Shown one piece after another: positions 24,289-35,036 of a stretch of DNA of 51,415 nt (position 1 is the first letter of the stretch; every line of letters starts with the position of its first letter). Where the stretch lies: IMG/VR virus record IMGVR_UViG_3300015241_000018, positions 1 through 51,415 of that record. One strand, written 5' to 3'. The notes beneath the pieces are model-generated. The model saw nothing but the letters and a program-made list of their open reading frames with translations. It did no database searches and was not told where the DNA came from. The translations under genes and the position numbers were made by a program. The DNA is from a virus (Duplodnaviria; Caudoviricetes).

Positions 24289-26466
24289 TTACCTCTGGAA
24301 TGCAGCGCCGAAGCGTTCATCGAAGTTAGGACCAGAGATTGGAGGAGTAACTCTACTGTCAATAGGTGGTTGATCTGGCTTCCTACCAGCATTAAGGATT
24401 GAGTTCATCATCTTAGTGGGAATACCCTCAACATTGTTCTTGAAGTCAAATCCACTATTAGACAATACCTTAACTATGTAAGCGTTAGTATCACCATTGT
24501 TAGAACGTTCAATGTGAGCTAAGTTAGCGATACCACTATTCATCCTAGTTGTTACTTCAGTAACTGGACGAGCATAGGAAGCTTCAGTCTGAGACATAGG
24601 CCTACCTTGTTTATTGAGTACTTCGAAGTAGGGTGCATTACCTGTACCACCTTCGGTGTGCCAGGCAATCTTATAGCTCTTCAGGAAGGTCTGGTCTTTG
24701 ATCTTAGACAGATCAGCAATGCTGTCTCTAGCGAGTACACCACCCCATTCCTTCTCAGCCCATTGGCGATACATCTCTTGAGTTCGCATGGGCATCTTAG
24801 CCACAGCATCTGTGATCTTAGGATCAGTCATAGTCTCGAAGGCAGCCTGTCTACCAGGAGCATCCGGACCATCCTTAGTAATCTTATTTAGAACACCATA
24901 GTTCTTAGGACTGAATAGAGAAGTCATAAGGTTAGCCTTAGCTTCATCTTTAACTGCTGGATTAGATATGACCTTAGCTACATCAGTGATGCTACCATAG
25001 ACATTAGGATCTTGAATCTTCTTCTGCCTAGCATCATCAATAGCACTGGATAGAGTAGTAGGAGTAGCTGGGTTAGCTGGTGCTAACATATCCATCTTCA
25101 CACCCTTGACATATTCAGTGTACTTCTTATCCATCTTATTAATGATGGCATCTTGTAGCAAGATAGCTCCAGTCTGAGGACCAACAGCTTCATTGACAGC
25201 AGACATACGCTGAGAGGCTTCACCTACTGTAGGATCATTATAGAGAACATTGGTAGCTTTATTATGAATGGCATTATTCATATTAAGAACAGCATAAACA
25301 CCTTGGTAATCTTTATCCTTAACGAACTTGATTACATTATCGTAAATACCAAGTTGTTCGTCCATTTCATCTTTAAGATTATGCAGACCCCCTGCAGACT
25401 TAGCATAGGAATTACCTTCGCTATCTCTACGTAAAGCTATGGACCTAAGTATATTAGCAGCAGAGTTACGTTGAGCTGCTAAATTAGTGAGCCACATCCT
25501 ATTTTGTGCTTCATCCATCTGAGGCATCTGACCCGTAGCTTGGCCTGTGAAATAATCAGACAACTCCTTAGGCGTCTGTACATTGGTAGCCATACGCTGT
25601 GTATTGAATGCGTCGTTGATAGTGGCTCCAGCTTCAGCCGTGAAGTCTTCTTTCACACGCTGCACGGTAAGCTCACCTTGGCTCTTAGCAGCAGCTCTGG
25701 CAGCTTCAGCAGCTACCTGATTGATATGTAGTTGGGACTTCTGAGCTACGAAAGCTCTTAGACCTTGGCCATCCATATCTCCTCTGAGATACTTCTCTCT
25801 AGCGAGAGCAGCACCTGGAATAGAATCCACGTACTTATCGATGAAGGTTAAATCTTTATTCTTCTCGGAGTTAGCGTTAGTAGCACCACGGTTAATATCT
25901 TCCAGAAGGTTCTTCATGAAAGCATTGGCAGGATCTACACCTGAGACAGACTTAATCTGTTCATCAATGTAATCTTTGTAACCTGGGTATTGATTGCGTA
26001 GTTGTTTAGCTAGAGCATTAAGGGAGCCTGTGTACAGAGTGTCGTTAGCTTTACCACCACCACCATTCTGTGCTTGAGCTGTACCAAGAGCTGAAGCCTT
26101 ATCGAGACCAGCCTGTAAGCCACCAGGGACGTCAGGAGCTGGGGTCTCACCTAGTGTATCTGCACTGATACCAGCAGCAGATAAAGCACCTGAGGGAGGT
26201 ACTGTACCAGCTATCTGCATGTTACGAACTTGAACTAGAGACCTAGTATAACTATCTCTTAGATCGTTGACACCAGTTTCAACCTTATCCTTAAGATAGC
26301 TCTTCTCTGTAGTGTCAGCTAGCTTAGCAGCAGTGTCTAGGCCTTCACCTATAGTTGCGAGAGTAAGTCCTGTGGACTTATCTGACTCAGGTTGCTGAAT
26401 AGGTTTAGAGAGTCTATCCCAATTAGGGGGATTGACATCGGGACCTGTTGGATTGAACACAGCCAT
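24289..26466 (-). CDS. Internal virion (ejection) protein
   Basis: 725 aa, Ala-rich, in the internal-protein block. Confidence 0.7.
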   Translation of the reverse strand: MAVFNPTGPDVNPPNWDRLSKPIQQPESDKSTGLTLATIGEGLDTAAKLADTTEKSYLKDKVETGVNDLRDSYTRSLVQVRNMQIAGTVPPSGALSAAGISADTLGETPAPDVPGGLQAGLDKASALGTAQAQNGGGGKANDTLYTGSLNALAKQLRNQYPGYKDYIDEQIKSVSGVDPANAFMKNLLEDINRGATNANSEKNKDLTFIDKYVDSIPGAALAREKYLRGDMDGQGLRAFVAQKSQLHINQVAAEAARAAAKSQGELTVQRVKEDFTAEAGATINDAFNTQRMATNVQTPKELSDYFTGQATGQMPQMDEAQNRMWLTNLAAQRNSAANILRSIALRRDSEGNSYAKSAGGLHNLKDEMDEQLGIYDNVIKFVKDKDYQGVYAVLNMNNAIHNKATNVLYNDPTVGEASQRMSAVNEAVGPQTGAILLQDAIINKMDKKYTEYVKGVKMDMLAPANPATPTTLSSAIDDARQKKIQDPNVYGSITDVAKVISNPAVKDEAKANLMTSLFSPKNYGVLNKITKDGPDAPGRQAAFETMTDPKITDAVAKMPMRTQEMYRQWAEKEWGGVLARDSIADLSKIKDQTFLKSYKIAWHTEGGTGNAPYFEVLNKQGRPMSQTEASYARPVTEVTTRMNSGIANLAHIERSNNGDTNAYIVKVLSNSGFDFKNNVEGIPTKMMNSILNAGRKPDQPPIDSRVTPPISGPNFDERFGAAFQR

Positions 26467-29400
26467 TATTGATTACCTTGTTTAAGTTGTTGGCTACGTA
26501 TAAATGTATCTTTACGAACTGCTCTCTTATCCGTGGGTACGTCTTCACCTAGATAGAAGTTATAGTCAGAACGATCAATTGAATTGGAGTTAGCTTTAGC
26601 TGCTTGTGCAATAGCTGAGAGCATCTTCTCGTAAGGGAAGCCTGCTGCATGGAGAGTAGCGAAACCATTCTTGTGGTATTGTTCAGCAGCCTCAGGATCT
26701 TTATTCTTAGCAGCCATATCAGCTCTAGCCATGTCCTGCATGTAGCTCTTTAATGCAGACTTCTGCATCTCTTTCTCTTCCTTCATGATGTCTCCCTTGA
26801 GCCAAGCATCGCCTTGCTCTGTAGGATTAAGACCTGATATACCCATGAAGATAGCATTAGCCTTAGACACATCCATCACTGGAGCATCACTCTTAGACAC
26901 CCACTTACCCAATGTAGTGCCTACAATTACTTTCTTCAAAGTACTTAGTGAAGAGATTTCCATGGCAGGTTTAACTAGGTCATCAAACGTAAGTTTGAAT
27001 CTCTCTTCAGCTGGATCTTGTCTAGCAAAGGAAATCATAGCCTTATACCAACCATCAAAGCCACCTAGGAATTTGAAGATATTATCTATACCAGCACCAC
27101 CTACGAGCTGTAACCAAGTCTTATCTCCTCTTAGAAGATCAGAGACAGTGGTCATACCCTTAGTACCCCACTTACCTCCTATGTCGTAGTTATTACCTGT
27201 AGCCTTATTCAAAAAGAGGGCGGGCCATCCTTCCATAATAGCAGTTGAATACCAGTGCTCACCAGGTATGTACCCGAAGTTATCCAAAGCATATTTACGG
27301 GCTTTATCTCCACCAGGAATACCTGTAACACCAATAGCACTAGGAATACCATACATAGCTCCATAGCCAGCCATGAGCCGGGCACGAGCTAAATTACGTT
27401 CTGTAGTTGTTTCACCTATTTCCTTACCAAGAAATGTTTCGCCTAATCTATATTGATATGATAGGAACTGCATGGGTAGAGACAACACACCTTCATTTAG
27501 AATGGAGTTGGAAGCTCTAGTCATGTTGTTAGTCAGAATGTTAGCGTGGTGTAAAATACCTTGACGATCTAGTTCAGTCAGCTTACCAAAAGGATTACCT
27601 TCTCGGTAGAGACGGAACGCAGTGTAGTAAGCAGGTATACGAGCAGCTTTCTCACCCCATTGGAATGGTTTCTGACCACCTCTAGTAATAGCTCCTGTAC
27701 CTTGTACCACTGAATGATTATTAAAGACACTATCAAGATCAACCATCTCGCCCCCTACATTGAGGAAGCCTGATCTAATTAATTCTTGTCTACCTTCCAT
27801 GAACTCTCCTGCACGCCAGCGACTAGAGCCAAGCATTACCTTGCCCATGTCAAGCTTGGTGGCAGCATTGTCCAAAGCTTTGAGAACCTCAGGATTACTG
27901 TTTACTGCAGCCCAGCTATGAAGCAGAGATGCATAGGTACCAGCCATACCAGCTCTAGGCTCTAGAGCCATAGTGGTAGTCCAGCTATTGAACTGAGTTA
28001 TTATTTGGGGTAGAGCATATAGACCTAGCTTGAAGTGGTAAGCTAATGATCGTACAGCGGATACGGGTTCTGCATGGTATGGGAGTAACCAGTGTGGAAC
28101 TAACAGAGCTGCACGCTTGAAAGGATTATTAGCCTCCCAGACTTGATCAGCAATGTACTGTGTTAACTGGTGTATGGTAGTATCAAACTTACTGGGTAGA
28201 CCAATGAACTCTCTAGCCTTATAACGATTAGAAAGAAGATTAGACTTCTTCATTAAGTCAACACTATCTAGACCGCTCTTCCACTCAGGAGTTAGGAAGT
28301 GAGCAAATGGAGCAGACCTAATCTGTTCTTCTGTAGGCTTCATATACTTAGAAGCTTCACGGAGCCAATGTTCTACTGTGTAGATCTTGTAGTCATCCAT
28401 GAAGGTACTGTTGATCATTCTGTTGAGAGAACGATCAAAAGAAGCAATAGGATCCACCATGCTAGCAGGCTGATATTCGTAATCAGGACGGCCAGCCTTA
28501 CCTTTATCATTGAAAGTATAGACACGGTCTGAGTCACGCTCCCTGTTATATTCAACTTGGAACTGTTTGGAAAGATCGCCTGATCTAGTACCATCTCTGA
28601 AGTTACCGGCATACTTAGCTTCTAGGTCTTTACCAGTAGGGAGATCAATGATCTGTCTTCCCTTAGGAACTACTTGGAAGTGTTCCTTAGTAGAGTATCT
28701 AGGAAGCTGCATTGTTCCGTCGTCTAGCTTCTTAGCTTCAAAGTATCCTTTGAACTTATCCCATTCAATAGGAAGTTTATGTTCTTCATACTTAGCTTTA
28801 GCTGCATCAAACTTCTTGGCATCTAGGAGATCAATGACTTCATTCATCTTCTTAGCAATGTCATTACCCATGGCTCTATTGTCCACAGGCATGAAGGTTC
28901 TATCTCCCTCGTAGAGAGCTTCCACCTTACTACCACGTCTATCAACGACTACGTTACCAGACTGAGTCTTAGTAACTATAGCTTGCTTAAGATAGTTATC
29001 GTAGTCAAAGTCAAAGTGACCACCACCACGTCTATTGACATGATTGTAGCCTAAGTCTTTAGTCTCAACGTTATCAGCTATAACGTAGACAACTCTTTCA
29101 TTGCCAGCAATCTTACTGAAGTCTTTTAGAGGACGTTCACCAGTGGCATAGATCTGAATTACTTTCTTCGAACCATTAGCTACTTCTTCTGTCCAACGTT
29201 CTCTATTGCCCTTGGGTATAGCATTAGTTTTGTATAGACGCTCATCACCTTGACGCTCACCTAATACAATTACGTTCTCACTGCCACCCGGTAGACGTTT
29301 AAGATCAACACCGTCTACGAAATCAGAGAGTACTCTCTTGCCGTCAGGTCCAATCATGGAGAACTGATGTTGCTCTACGCCTAAACGACTACGATACTTG

Positions 29401-31850
29401 TATTCAGAAATCTCTCTTAGCGTACGTTCAGCTTCCATCATCTTTACGAATGAGAAATAAGCATTAGCTTCATTGAAGCTAGGTGGACGCTCATAGTGAG
29501 TTAAGTAATGGCTTTCTAATTCACCTAGTGTCTTAAAGAAATAACCAGGCTCACCATTGAAGTTAGGATCAGGAGCATCTTGGGCATACTTCAATGTTCT
29601 GACAAATTGTTCCTTAACCTCGGCAGGAGATAGTTTACCAGTTATAGTTCTAGGTGCACTGCGGTACCAAGGAATAGGTTCACCAGTAACTTCATCATGG
29701 GTTATCTTACCCCGAGCAATATCTACTAGAGCCTGTCCTTCTTGAGAAGCCCATCTACGCAAACCTGAGGTAGAGAAGGTGGCAGCATTGCGCTGCATCA
29801 TCTCATTCTTAGACAGGGTCTGGTTAGCACCACGGATCCAGCCTGTAACACCATTAACGATATTAGAGAAGCCAGAAGCACTGGAAGTACCAATAGCATC
29901 AGGAACTAAGTTGCCTGCAGTATCTCTAATCATTAAATCTTTAACGAGAGTCTGACCCTCATTGAAAGGAACCAGCTTCTCAATGTAGAAACCAATGCCC
30001 TTCTGGTTGACCACAGCAGCAACAGGAGTAACACGTTTATTAACAGCAGCTAGAGTTTCTTTATATCCTTTAAGGATAACTCTAATACTATCCTTACCAG
30101 TAATGTGAGATTGAGCCTCAACTCTGGCAGCTTTAGATAGTCTGGGATTAGTAGCTGCAGCCTTGTATCTCTTTAGAGCAGCTTCAGTCTCAGGAATAGA
30201 TTTCTCTAGACGTTCCTTAGTAGCCAGATCAGTCTTAGATCCAGTGAACTTAGCAGCTTCCTGTTCTACCTTACCTTCAGCCTGCCCTACACGATAGCCT
30301 TGTGTATTAAGCTTTAGTTCTTGTTGGGCAAAGTTATGGGCCATCTCATCCGAAGAGAAGAGAAGGTTGTCATGGCTGCCAAACCTAACTGGCCATACGT
30401 GAGTATTGGTCAATTCATTAGGAATAGGATCCCCAATATCTAAGATAGCATTCTTGCTACCTCTAAACTCACCGTAGAGTTGTTGTCTAAGCTTATCTAC
30501 ATTCTCAGGAACAGACAAAGCCAGAGGAGTCCTCTGTACTTTAGACATCTCTATAGCTTCGTTGAGTAAAGTTTCTCCACCACGGATAATACCGTCTTGT
30601 ATTCTGGTTACAGCTTCACGAGTAAAGCTACCGATGTTGTTACCGAGCAATTCAACATCTTGTCTGAATCCAGACATTAAAGCTTCCCTGCCAACTTGAG
30701 TTGGATCAGCTGTACCCTGAACTGTTTTAATTAGGTTATCGGATACTCTAAGGGTAGCAGCCTGTGTAACGTTGCCAGCAGACTCAGCTATGGTAGCCTT
30801 AGTAGGTCTCTCAATCTCTAGGGACTTAGCAAGGTCCTTATAGATATTCTGAGTCTTATTAAATAGATCTACGCGTTTAGCTAACTTGACACCACCGCCT
30901 GCAACTGTAGCTACGTCTAATGGAGCTAGTACAGTGAAGATGTTGTTAAGGTATCTATCGGAAGTAGTTGAGCCTAGGATGGTCTTAGCGAACATTAAGG
31001 CTAGAGTGGGATTGTGCCCTTCTAAGTAGTCTAGTATTCTTGTAGTCTCAGATCTGAACTGAGGTCCAGGGAGAAACATAAGGTGATCAACAGTAGCTTC
31101 TAAGTTAGTACCTAGGAGGACACCACCATCTATCTTACCCACTTCTTGGACTAATCCTCTGAGCATGTACTCAGAGTAAGGTTGAGCTATCAAGGCTAGC
31201 TGGTCAGCAGACCAACCAATCCAACCTTGCTTAGCTATACCATCTTGTATATTCTGCGCTCGCGTCTCCACGAAACCACGCATGGAAGCTAGATCACTAG
31301 TCTTCGATGCCGTCTCGTCTACCTGATCTGGGATCTCACCGGTAGCTTTATCAAGAAAGTTGTCAGCCATATACCCTGCAGCAGTATTGGCGGAGCTGAC
31401 ATAGTTAGTAGCGTAGGCTCTCTCAATTACTTCATGAGGATCTGCAGGAGCATTAACAGGGCTAAAGGGATCAAGTACAGTAGCAACTTCCTTTGGGTCA
31501 AGTGGACCACCCTTACTATTAGCAGCGGCTACTATCTTCTGATGTTGTTCTTCTGCTTTGTTGTAGTCAATCTTAGCGGCAGCTTCCTTACGTATCCAAT
31601 CTTCCTGACCAGCAGCAATGGCAGATCTAACTCCATCCTCTGTCTGACCAATTAGATCAGCAATACCACCATAAGTAGTTTTGAAAGTTCTCTTCTCAAT
31701 GGTAGGATCTGAAGGTTGAGGAGGAGCTGCACCGGGAGCTGGTAAGCTCACCATAGGCAAGCCGTCCTTAGTTCCAGGTACTCCTAAGGCTACACCTTCG
31801 TCTTGTACGATTGGCTGAGGTTGAGGTTGGTCTTGAAGTTCAGGATCCAT
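26466..31850 (-). CDS. Large internal virion (ejection) protein
   Basis: 1794 aa; position after nozzle and small internal protein. Confidence 0.75.
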   Translation of the reverse strand: MDPELQDQPQPQPIVQDEGVALGVPGTKDGLPMVSLPAPGAAPPQPSDPTIEKRTFKTTYGGIADLIGQTEDGVRSAIAAGQEDWIRKEAAAKIDYNKAEEQHQKIVAAANSKGGPLDPKEVATVLDPFSPVNAPADPHEVIERAYATNYVSSANTAAGYMADNFLDKATGEIPDQVDETASKTSDLASMRGFVETRAQNIQDGIAKQGWIGWSADQLALIAQPYSEYMLRGLVQEVGKIDGGVLLGTNLEATVDHLMFLPGPQFRSETTRILDYLEGHNPTLALMFAKTILGSTTSDRYLNNIFTVLAPLDVATVAGGGVKLAKRVDLFNKTQNIYKDLAKSLEIERPTKATIAESAGNVTQAATLRVSDNLIKTVQGTADPTQVGREALMSGFRQDVELLGNNIGSFTREAVTRIQDGIIRGGETLLNEAIEMSKVQRTPLALSVPENVDKLRQQLYGEFRGSKNAILDIGDPIPNELTNTHVWPVRFGSHDNLLFSSDEMAHNFAQQELKLNTQGYRVGQAEGKVEQEAAKFTGSKTDLATKERLEKSIPETEAALKRYKAAATNPRLSKAARVEAQSHITGKDSIRVILKGYKETLAAVNKRVTPVAAVVNQKGIGFYIEKLVPFNEGQTLVKDLMIRDTAGNLVPDAIGTSSASGFSNIVNGVTGWIRGANQTLSKNEMMQRNAATFSTSGLRRWASQEGQALVDIARGKITHDEVTGEPIPWYRSAPRTITGKLSPAEVKEQFVRTLKYAQDAPDPNFNGEPGYFFKTLGELESHYLTHYERPPSFNEANAYFSFVKMMEAERTLREISEYKYRSRLGVEQHQFSMIGPDGKRVLSDFVDGVDLKRLPGGSENVIVLGERQGDERLYKTNAIPKGNRERWTEEVANGSKKVIQIYATGERPLKDFSKIAGNERVVYVIADNVETKDLGYNHVNRRGGGHFDFDYDNYLKQAIVTKTQSGNVVVDRRGSKVEALYEGDRTFMPVDNRAMGNDIAKKMNEVIDLLDAKKFDAAKAKYEEHKLPIEWDKFKGYFEAKKLDDGTMQLPRYSTKEHFQVVPKGRQIIDLPTGKDLEAKYAGNFRDGTRSGDLSKQFQVEYNRERDSDRVYTFNDKGKAGRPDYEYQPASMVDPIASFDRSLNRMINSTFMDDYKIYTVEHWLREASKYMKPTEEQIRSAPFAHFLTPEWKSGLDSVDLMKKSNLLSNRYKAREFIGLPSKFDTTIHQLTQYIADQVWEANNPFKRAALLVPHWLLPYHAEPVSAVRSLAYHFKLGLYALPQIITQFNSWTTTMALEPRAGMAGTYASLLHSWAAVNSNPEVLKALDNAATKLDMGKVMLGSSRWRAGEFMEGRQELIRSGFLNVGGEMVDLDSVFNNHSVVQGTGAITRGGQKPFQWGEKAARIPAYYTAFRLYREGNPFGKLTELDRQGILHHANILTNNMTRASNSILNEGVLSLPMQFLSYQYRLGETFLGKEIGETTTERNLARARLMAGYGAMYGIPSAIGVTGIPGGDKARKYALDNFGYIPGEHWYSTAIMEGWPALFLNKATGNNYDIGGKWGTKGMTTVSDLLRGDKTWLQLVGGAGIDNIFKFLGGFDGWYKAMISFARQDPAEERFKLTFDDLVKPAMEISSLSTLKKVIVGTTLGKWVSKSDAPVMDVSKANAIFMGISGLNPTEQGDAWLKGDIMKEEKEMQKSALKSYMQDMARADMAAKNKDPEAAEQYHKNGFATLHAAGFPYEKMLSAIAQAAKANSNSIDRSDYNFYLGEDVPTDKRAVRKDTFIRSQQLKQGNQ

Positions 31851-32404
31851 TAACCAGTTCCGTATCCAGAGGGACTACCACCACCCATTAAGCTTCCACC
31901 CATTGCACCAATGTTCTTACCAAAGCCACCAATGATTGGGCCTGCTTTAATTAGAGCACCACCGAGAGAAGCAATACCTTGGTCAGTAGCAGCCTCACCT
32001 CCAAGGGATGCTAGTTGTTCTTTATGTCGACTAATGTCAGCGTCAATGCCAAAGATGTTTTGACCAATCTGTAGGTTCTGACTTATATTTTTAGAATTGA
32101 GCAAACCTTGATCTGTAGCTTCAGCTTGTCCACCTTGTAAACCTGAACCAAACTCAGCTCCTTGCGAAGTAGCAGAAGCTAAACCTTGAGCTCTAGCTTT
32201 CTGTGCATTACGAAAGTTCTCCATCTGGGCTCTACTAGCTTCTAATTGCATCTGTTGCTGTTTTTGTTCATTAACTTGTTGTTCATCTGCAGAAATAGCT
32301 TGGCTTTGTTCGGCTTGAGCTTTAGCATTAGATGCTGCGGATAAGCCACCGAAGAGTTGCATACCCAGACCAGCTATGCCTAAACCTATTGTAATTGGAT
32401 CCAT
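31850..32404 (-). CDS. Small internal virion protein (T7 gp14-like)
   Basis: MDPITIGLGIAGLGMQLFGG hydrophobic start, Ala/Gln/Gly-rich, follows nozzle. Confidence 0.75.
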   Translation of the reverse strand: MDPITIGLGIAGLGMQLFGGLSAASNAKAQAEQSQAISADEQQVNEQKQQQMQLEASRAQMENFRNAQKARAQGLASATSQGAEFGSGLQGGQAEATDQGLLNSKNISQNLQIGQNIFGIDADISRHKEQLASLGGEAATDQGIASLGGALIKAGPIIGGFGKNIGAMGGSLMGGGSPSGYGTG

Positions 32405-34740
32405 TATGTACCTTGATTAATAGTATCTAGTTCGGCCCAGCCTTGAATATCAAAGGGCTTTCCATCTGTAGATATAACTTTAAATTGAAGAGCATAACCA
32501 TTGCCTCTTACCTTAACACGTTTAAATACAGTATCGAAGTGAGTTAAGCCATGATTAATTTGTTGAATACTAGACCATTTACCGGAGTTTTTATTATTAG
32601 CAAAGTTCCATATGAACTGTATTTTATAAGAATTAGGTTCTGAATTAGTTCGAGTATATAGTTGTAAGTATTGAAGTTGAAACTTCTTAATAGCTTGACC
32701 TCTAAGCTTAAATCCAGTTACGAAGTAACTAATGTAATTAATAGAGCCCCAATCTACGAAGGCAGTATCGTGTTCATCTGCAAAGCTACTACCAGTAGTG
32801 TTAGAAGATATATATTTAAAGCCAGAGGGCGATGAATTTAAACCACCAGGACTAGATACGTAGACAATACCATTAATAGAATTATTAGATGTATCAACTG
32901 TATAAGGATAGAAAGCTTTATTATAACTATTGAAGTTTAAAACTCTATTGAAAGTATATCTGTCTGTTACACTAATTGCCTCAGTATCTTTATACACCCA
33001 CTGCAAAGTATAATCTATCGGATGGTAGGCACCTCTTGCGTACTTCTTACTAGATAGAGGAATATTGTTATAGAAGGTAAGAATTGTACCTACCGTAATA
33101 GGAATAACTTCTAATGGGTTAACATGTAGGGGGCTGTTGAGAAGTGATGTACCTTGCTTAGCAGGTTCTACAGCATAGATACCCTCTTCATTCCAAAAGT
33201 ACGGTAAACCTTGAACATCTACATAAGACGTACAAGAGATAGATCTAACAGAAGACAGTTTAACGATAGTGTAATCATTAGCTGAAAACCCTATTCCCGA
33301 GCTTCCAGTAAGATACCAAACTCCATTAGCTGCAAATATTAGAAGAGCATTCTGAAGAGCAAATAGTTTATAGATAGTTCCACTGCCTTGAATAGTAATC
33401 ACCCCTCCATCAGAAGGAAGTAATCCAAATAGCTGCTCTGAAGTAGGATCGTTAGTTTGGTAACAAGCTCCGAAGTCGTTAACTCCTTGGACTATCTTGG
33501 AGAAATATATATTCTCTGTCCAAGTATAGTAAGGAGCATCTCCTGTAGGTTGCTGCGAATCATCTATCCCAGTATACCAAACTCTACCTTGAAACCAGGT
33601 TCCATTGGTGGGTCTCTTAAGAGTTGTTGTGGAAGTGACAGTGAGACTTGACGCGAGGTCCTTCCGTTGATTGAAAGCGGAGACAATGTAATGTCCCTTG
33701 GGTGCATTAGCAGAACCTAATGGTGTATTCGCAACTGTAGTTGTGGGATCAAATACATTACTAGTATTTTTAAAATACCACCAAACGTCTGCATTACTAG
33801 GGTAGTTTCCAATAGCTGTAAACCACGAAGTAATATGTCCTAAATTAGTTTGTTGAAGCTGCCATGAACTATGTGGTAAATTACCCCAAGGAGCACCTTG
33901 TGCAAAGGTAATAGTTATAGTAAGAGTAGTTCCTACGTAAGAAGATACAGTACCGGTTATGGCTACTGCTCCTCCCAGTAGATAAGCATACTGTCCTGTA
34001 TCATAGATATTGACAGTATCTCCTCCTGCTATAGTTAACCCAGAAGGAACCGTAAAGGCTTTAGTCCCAGTGTAAGGAGGATTAAAGGAAGTTGTAGAAT
34101 TCGCTATCCAAGCTGAACCTGAAGTCCATCCTTGGTTTTGAAGATTATATTGATGCTCGGCATTAAGAGTAGGAGGTCTGTTGGTTACTCCGATAGTTTC
34201 AGGTATACCTACAAAGTCTCTAATCTGTACAATTATAGGATTAGCAGTAATAACACCTGCATTATAGGAACAATAAATGGGCTCACAATTAGGATGATAA
34301 ACAAACAGGTATCCATTACCATCTGAAAATTGGCATTCTAAATTAGCATTGAATAAGACACCCAATACACCGAAGCTAGCTATATTTACGGTCGATGCTA
34401 ATAGTTGAGTAGATAGTGGAGTAGCCACCATAGCTGTACTAGACTTATAGAAATATAGGATACTTCCAATCTGTTCTACTACAATTTGAGTTAGACCATC
34501 TCCACCTGCGTTATTCCACTTATAAGAATTGATTGCAACGTTATCTCTACCAACGGGATTAAAAGAACCATTAATCTCAGTATTAATACCTTCACGTCGA
34601 GTAACATCGCCTACAAGAGTATAAATACAATTGTTAGTATCAGTAGTTGCATTTTCTGGAAAATTAAGTCCAGTAGATTCGGTTATAAGACCTTTAGTAA
34701 AGTTGTTCTCAACTGCTGTGGTAACTTGCTGTGGAGACAT
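32404..34740 (-). CDS. Tail nozzle (tail tubular protein B)
   Basis: 778 aa beta-rich; NNFTKGLITE, GRVWY, IYFS and DGGVITI motifs; position. Confidence 0.85.
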   Translation of the reverse strand: MSPQQVTTAVENNFTKGLITESTGLNFPENATTDTNNCIYTLVGDVTRREGINTEINGSFNPVGRDNVAINSYKWNNAGGDGLTQIVVEQIGSILYFYKSSTAMVATPLSTQLLASTVNIASFGVLGVLFNANLECQFSDGNGYLFVYHPNCEPIYCSYNAGVITANPIIVQIRDFVGIPETIGVTNRPPTLNAEHQYNLQNQGWTSGSAWIANSTTSFNPPYTGTKAFTVPSGLTIAGGDTVNIYDTGQYAYLLGGAVAITGTVSSYVGTTLTITITFAQGAPWGNLPHSSWQLQQTNLGHITSWFTAIGNYPSNADVWWYFKNTSNVFDPTTTVANTPLGSANAPKGHYIVSAFNQRKDLASSLTVTSTTTLKRPTNGTWFQGRVWYTGIDDSQQPTGDAPYYTWTENIYFSKIVQGVNDFGACYQTNDPTSEQLFGLLPSDGGVITIQGSGTIYKLFALQNALLIFAANGVWYLTGSSGIGFSANDYTIVKLSSVRSISCTSYVDVQGLPYFWNEEGIYAVEPAKQGTSLLNSPLHVNPLEVIPITVGTILTFYNNIPLSSKKYARGAYHPIDYTLQWVYKDTEAISVTDRYTFNRVLNFNSYNKAFYPYTVDTSNNSINGIVYVSSPGGLNSSPSGFKYISSNTTGSSFADEHDTAFVDWGSINYISYFVTGFKLRGQAIKKFQLQYLQLYTRTNSEPNSYKIQFIWNFANNKNSGKWSSIQQINHGLTHFDTVFKRVKVRGNGYALQFKVISTDGKPFDIQGWAELDTINQGT

Positions 34741-35036
34741 TAATCTTGGACTTCTACAATCTCAATATTGCGTTTAGCAAAATATGAACCAGCATGATTA
34801 AGTAAACCTTTAAAGCTAGTAAACTTACCTTTTAAAGGTTCAGGTAAAACACCACCCTGCTCATATTTGAAACTCCACATAGTGGTTGGGGGATCGAGTA
34901 CGGCACGTATTTTATTATCACCGGTAAATATTCTAGTATCGACATTACCAGTACCTAGTTTAGGATTTACTTTACGCAATACAAGAATTCTATCTTGACT
35001 ACGCATCTTGCTTTCTGGGCTATCCATTGGAAGCAT
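34740..35036 (-). CDS. Small protein between adaptor and nozzle
   Basis: Coupled ORF; GGVLPEPLKGKFTS motif. Confidence 0.75.
   Translation of the reverse strand: MLPMDSPESKMRSQDRILVLRKVNPKLGTGNVDTRIFTGDNKIRAVLDPPTTMWSFKYEQGGVLPEPLKGKFTSFKGLLNHAGSYFAKRNIEIVEVQD

Noticed and set aside
28998-29012. DFDYD in the 1794-aa protein as a virion RNA polymerase motif
   Set aside because: Isolated five-residue match with no other double-psi beta-barrel motifs recognised; HHpred would settle it.
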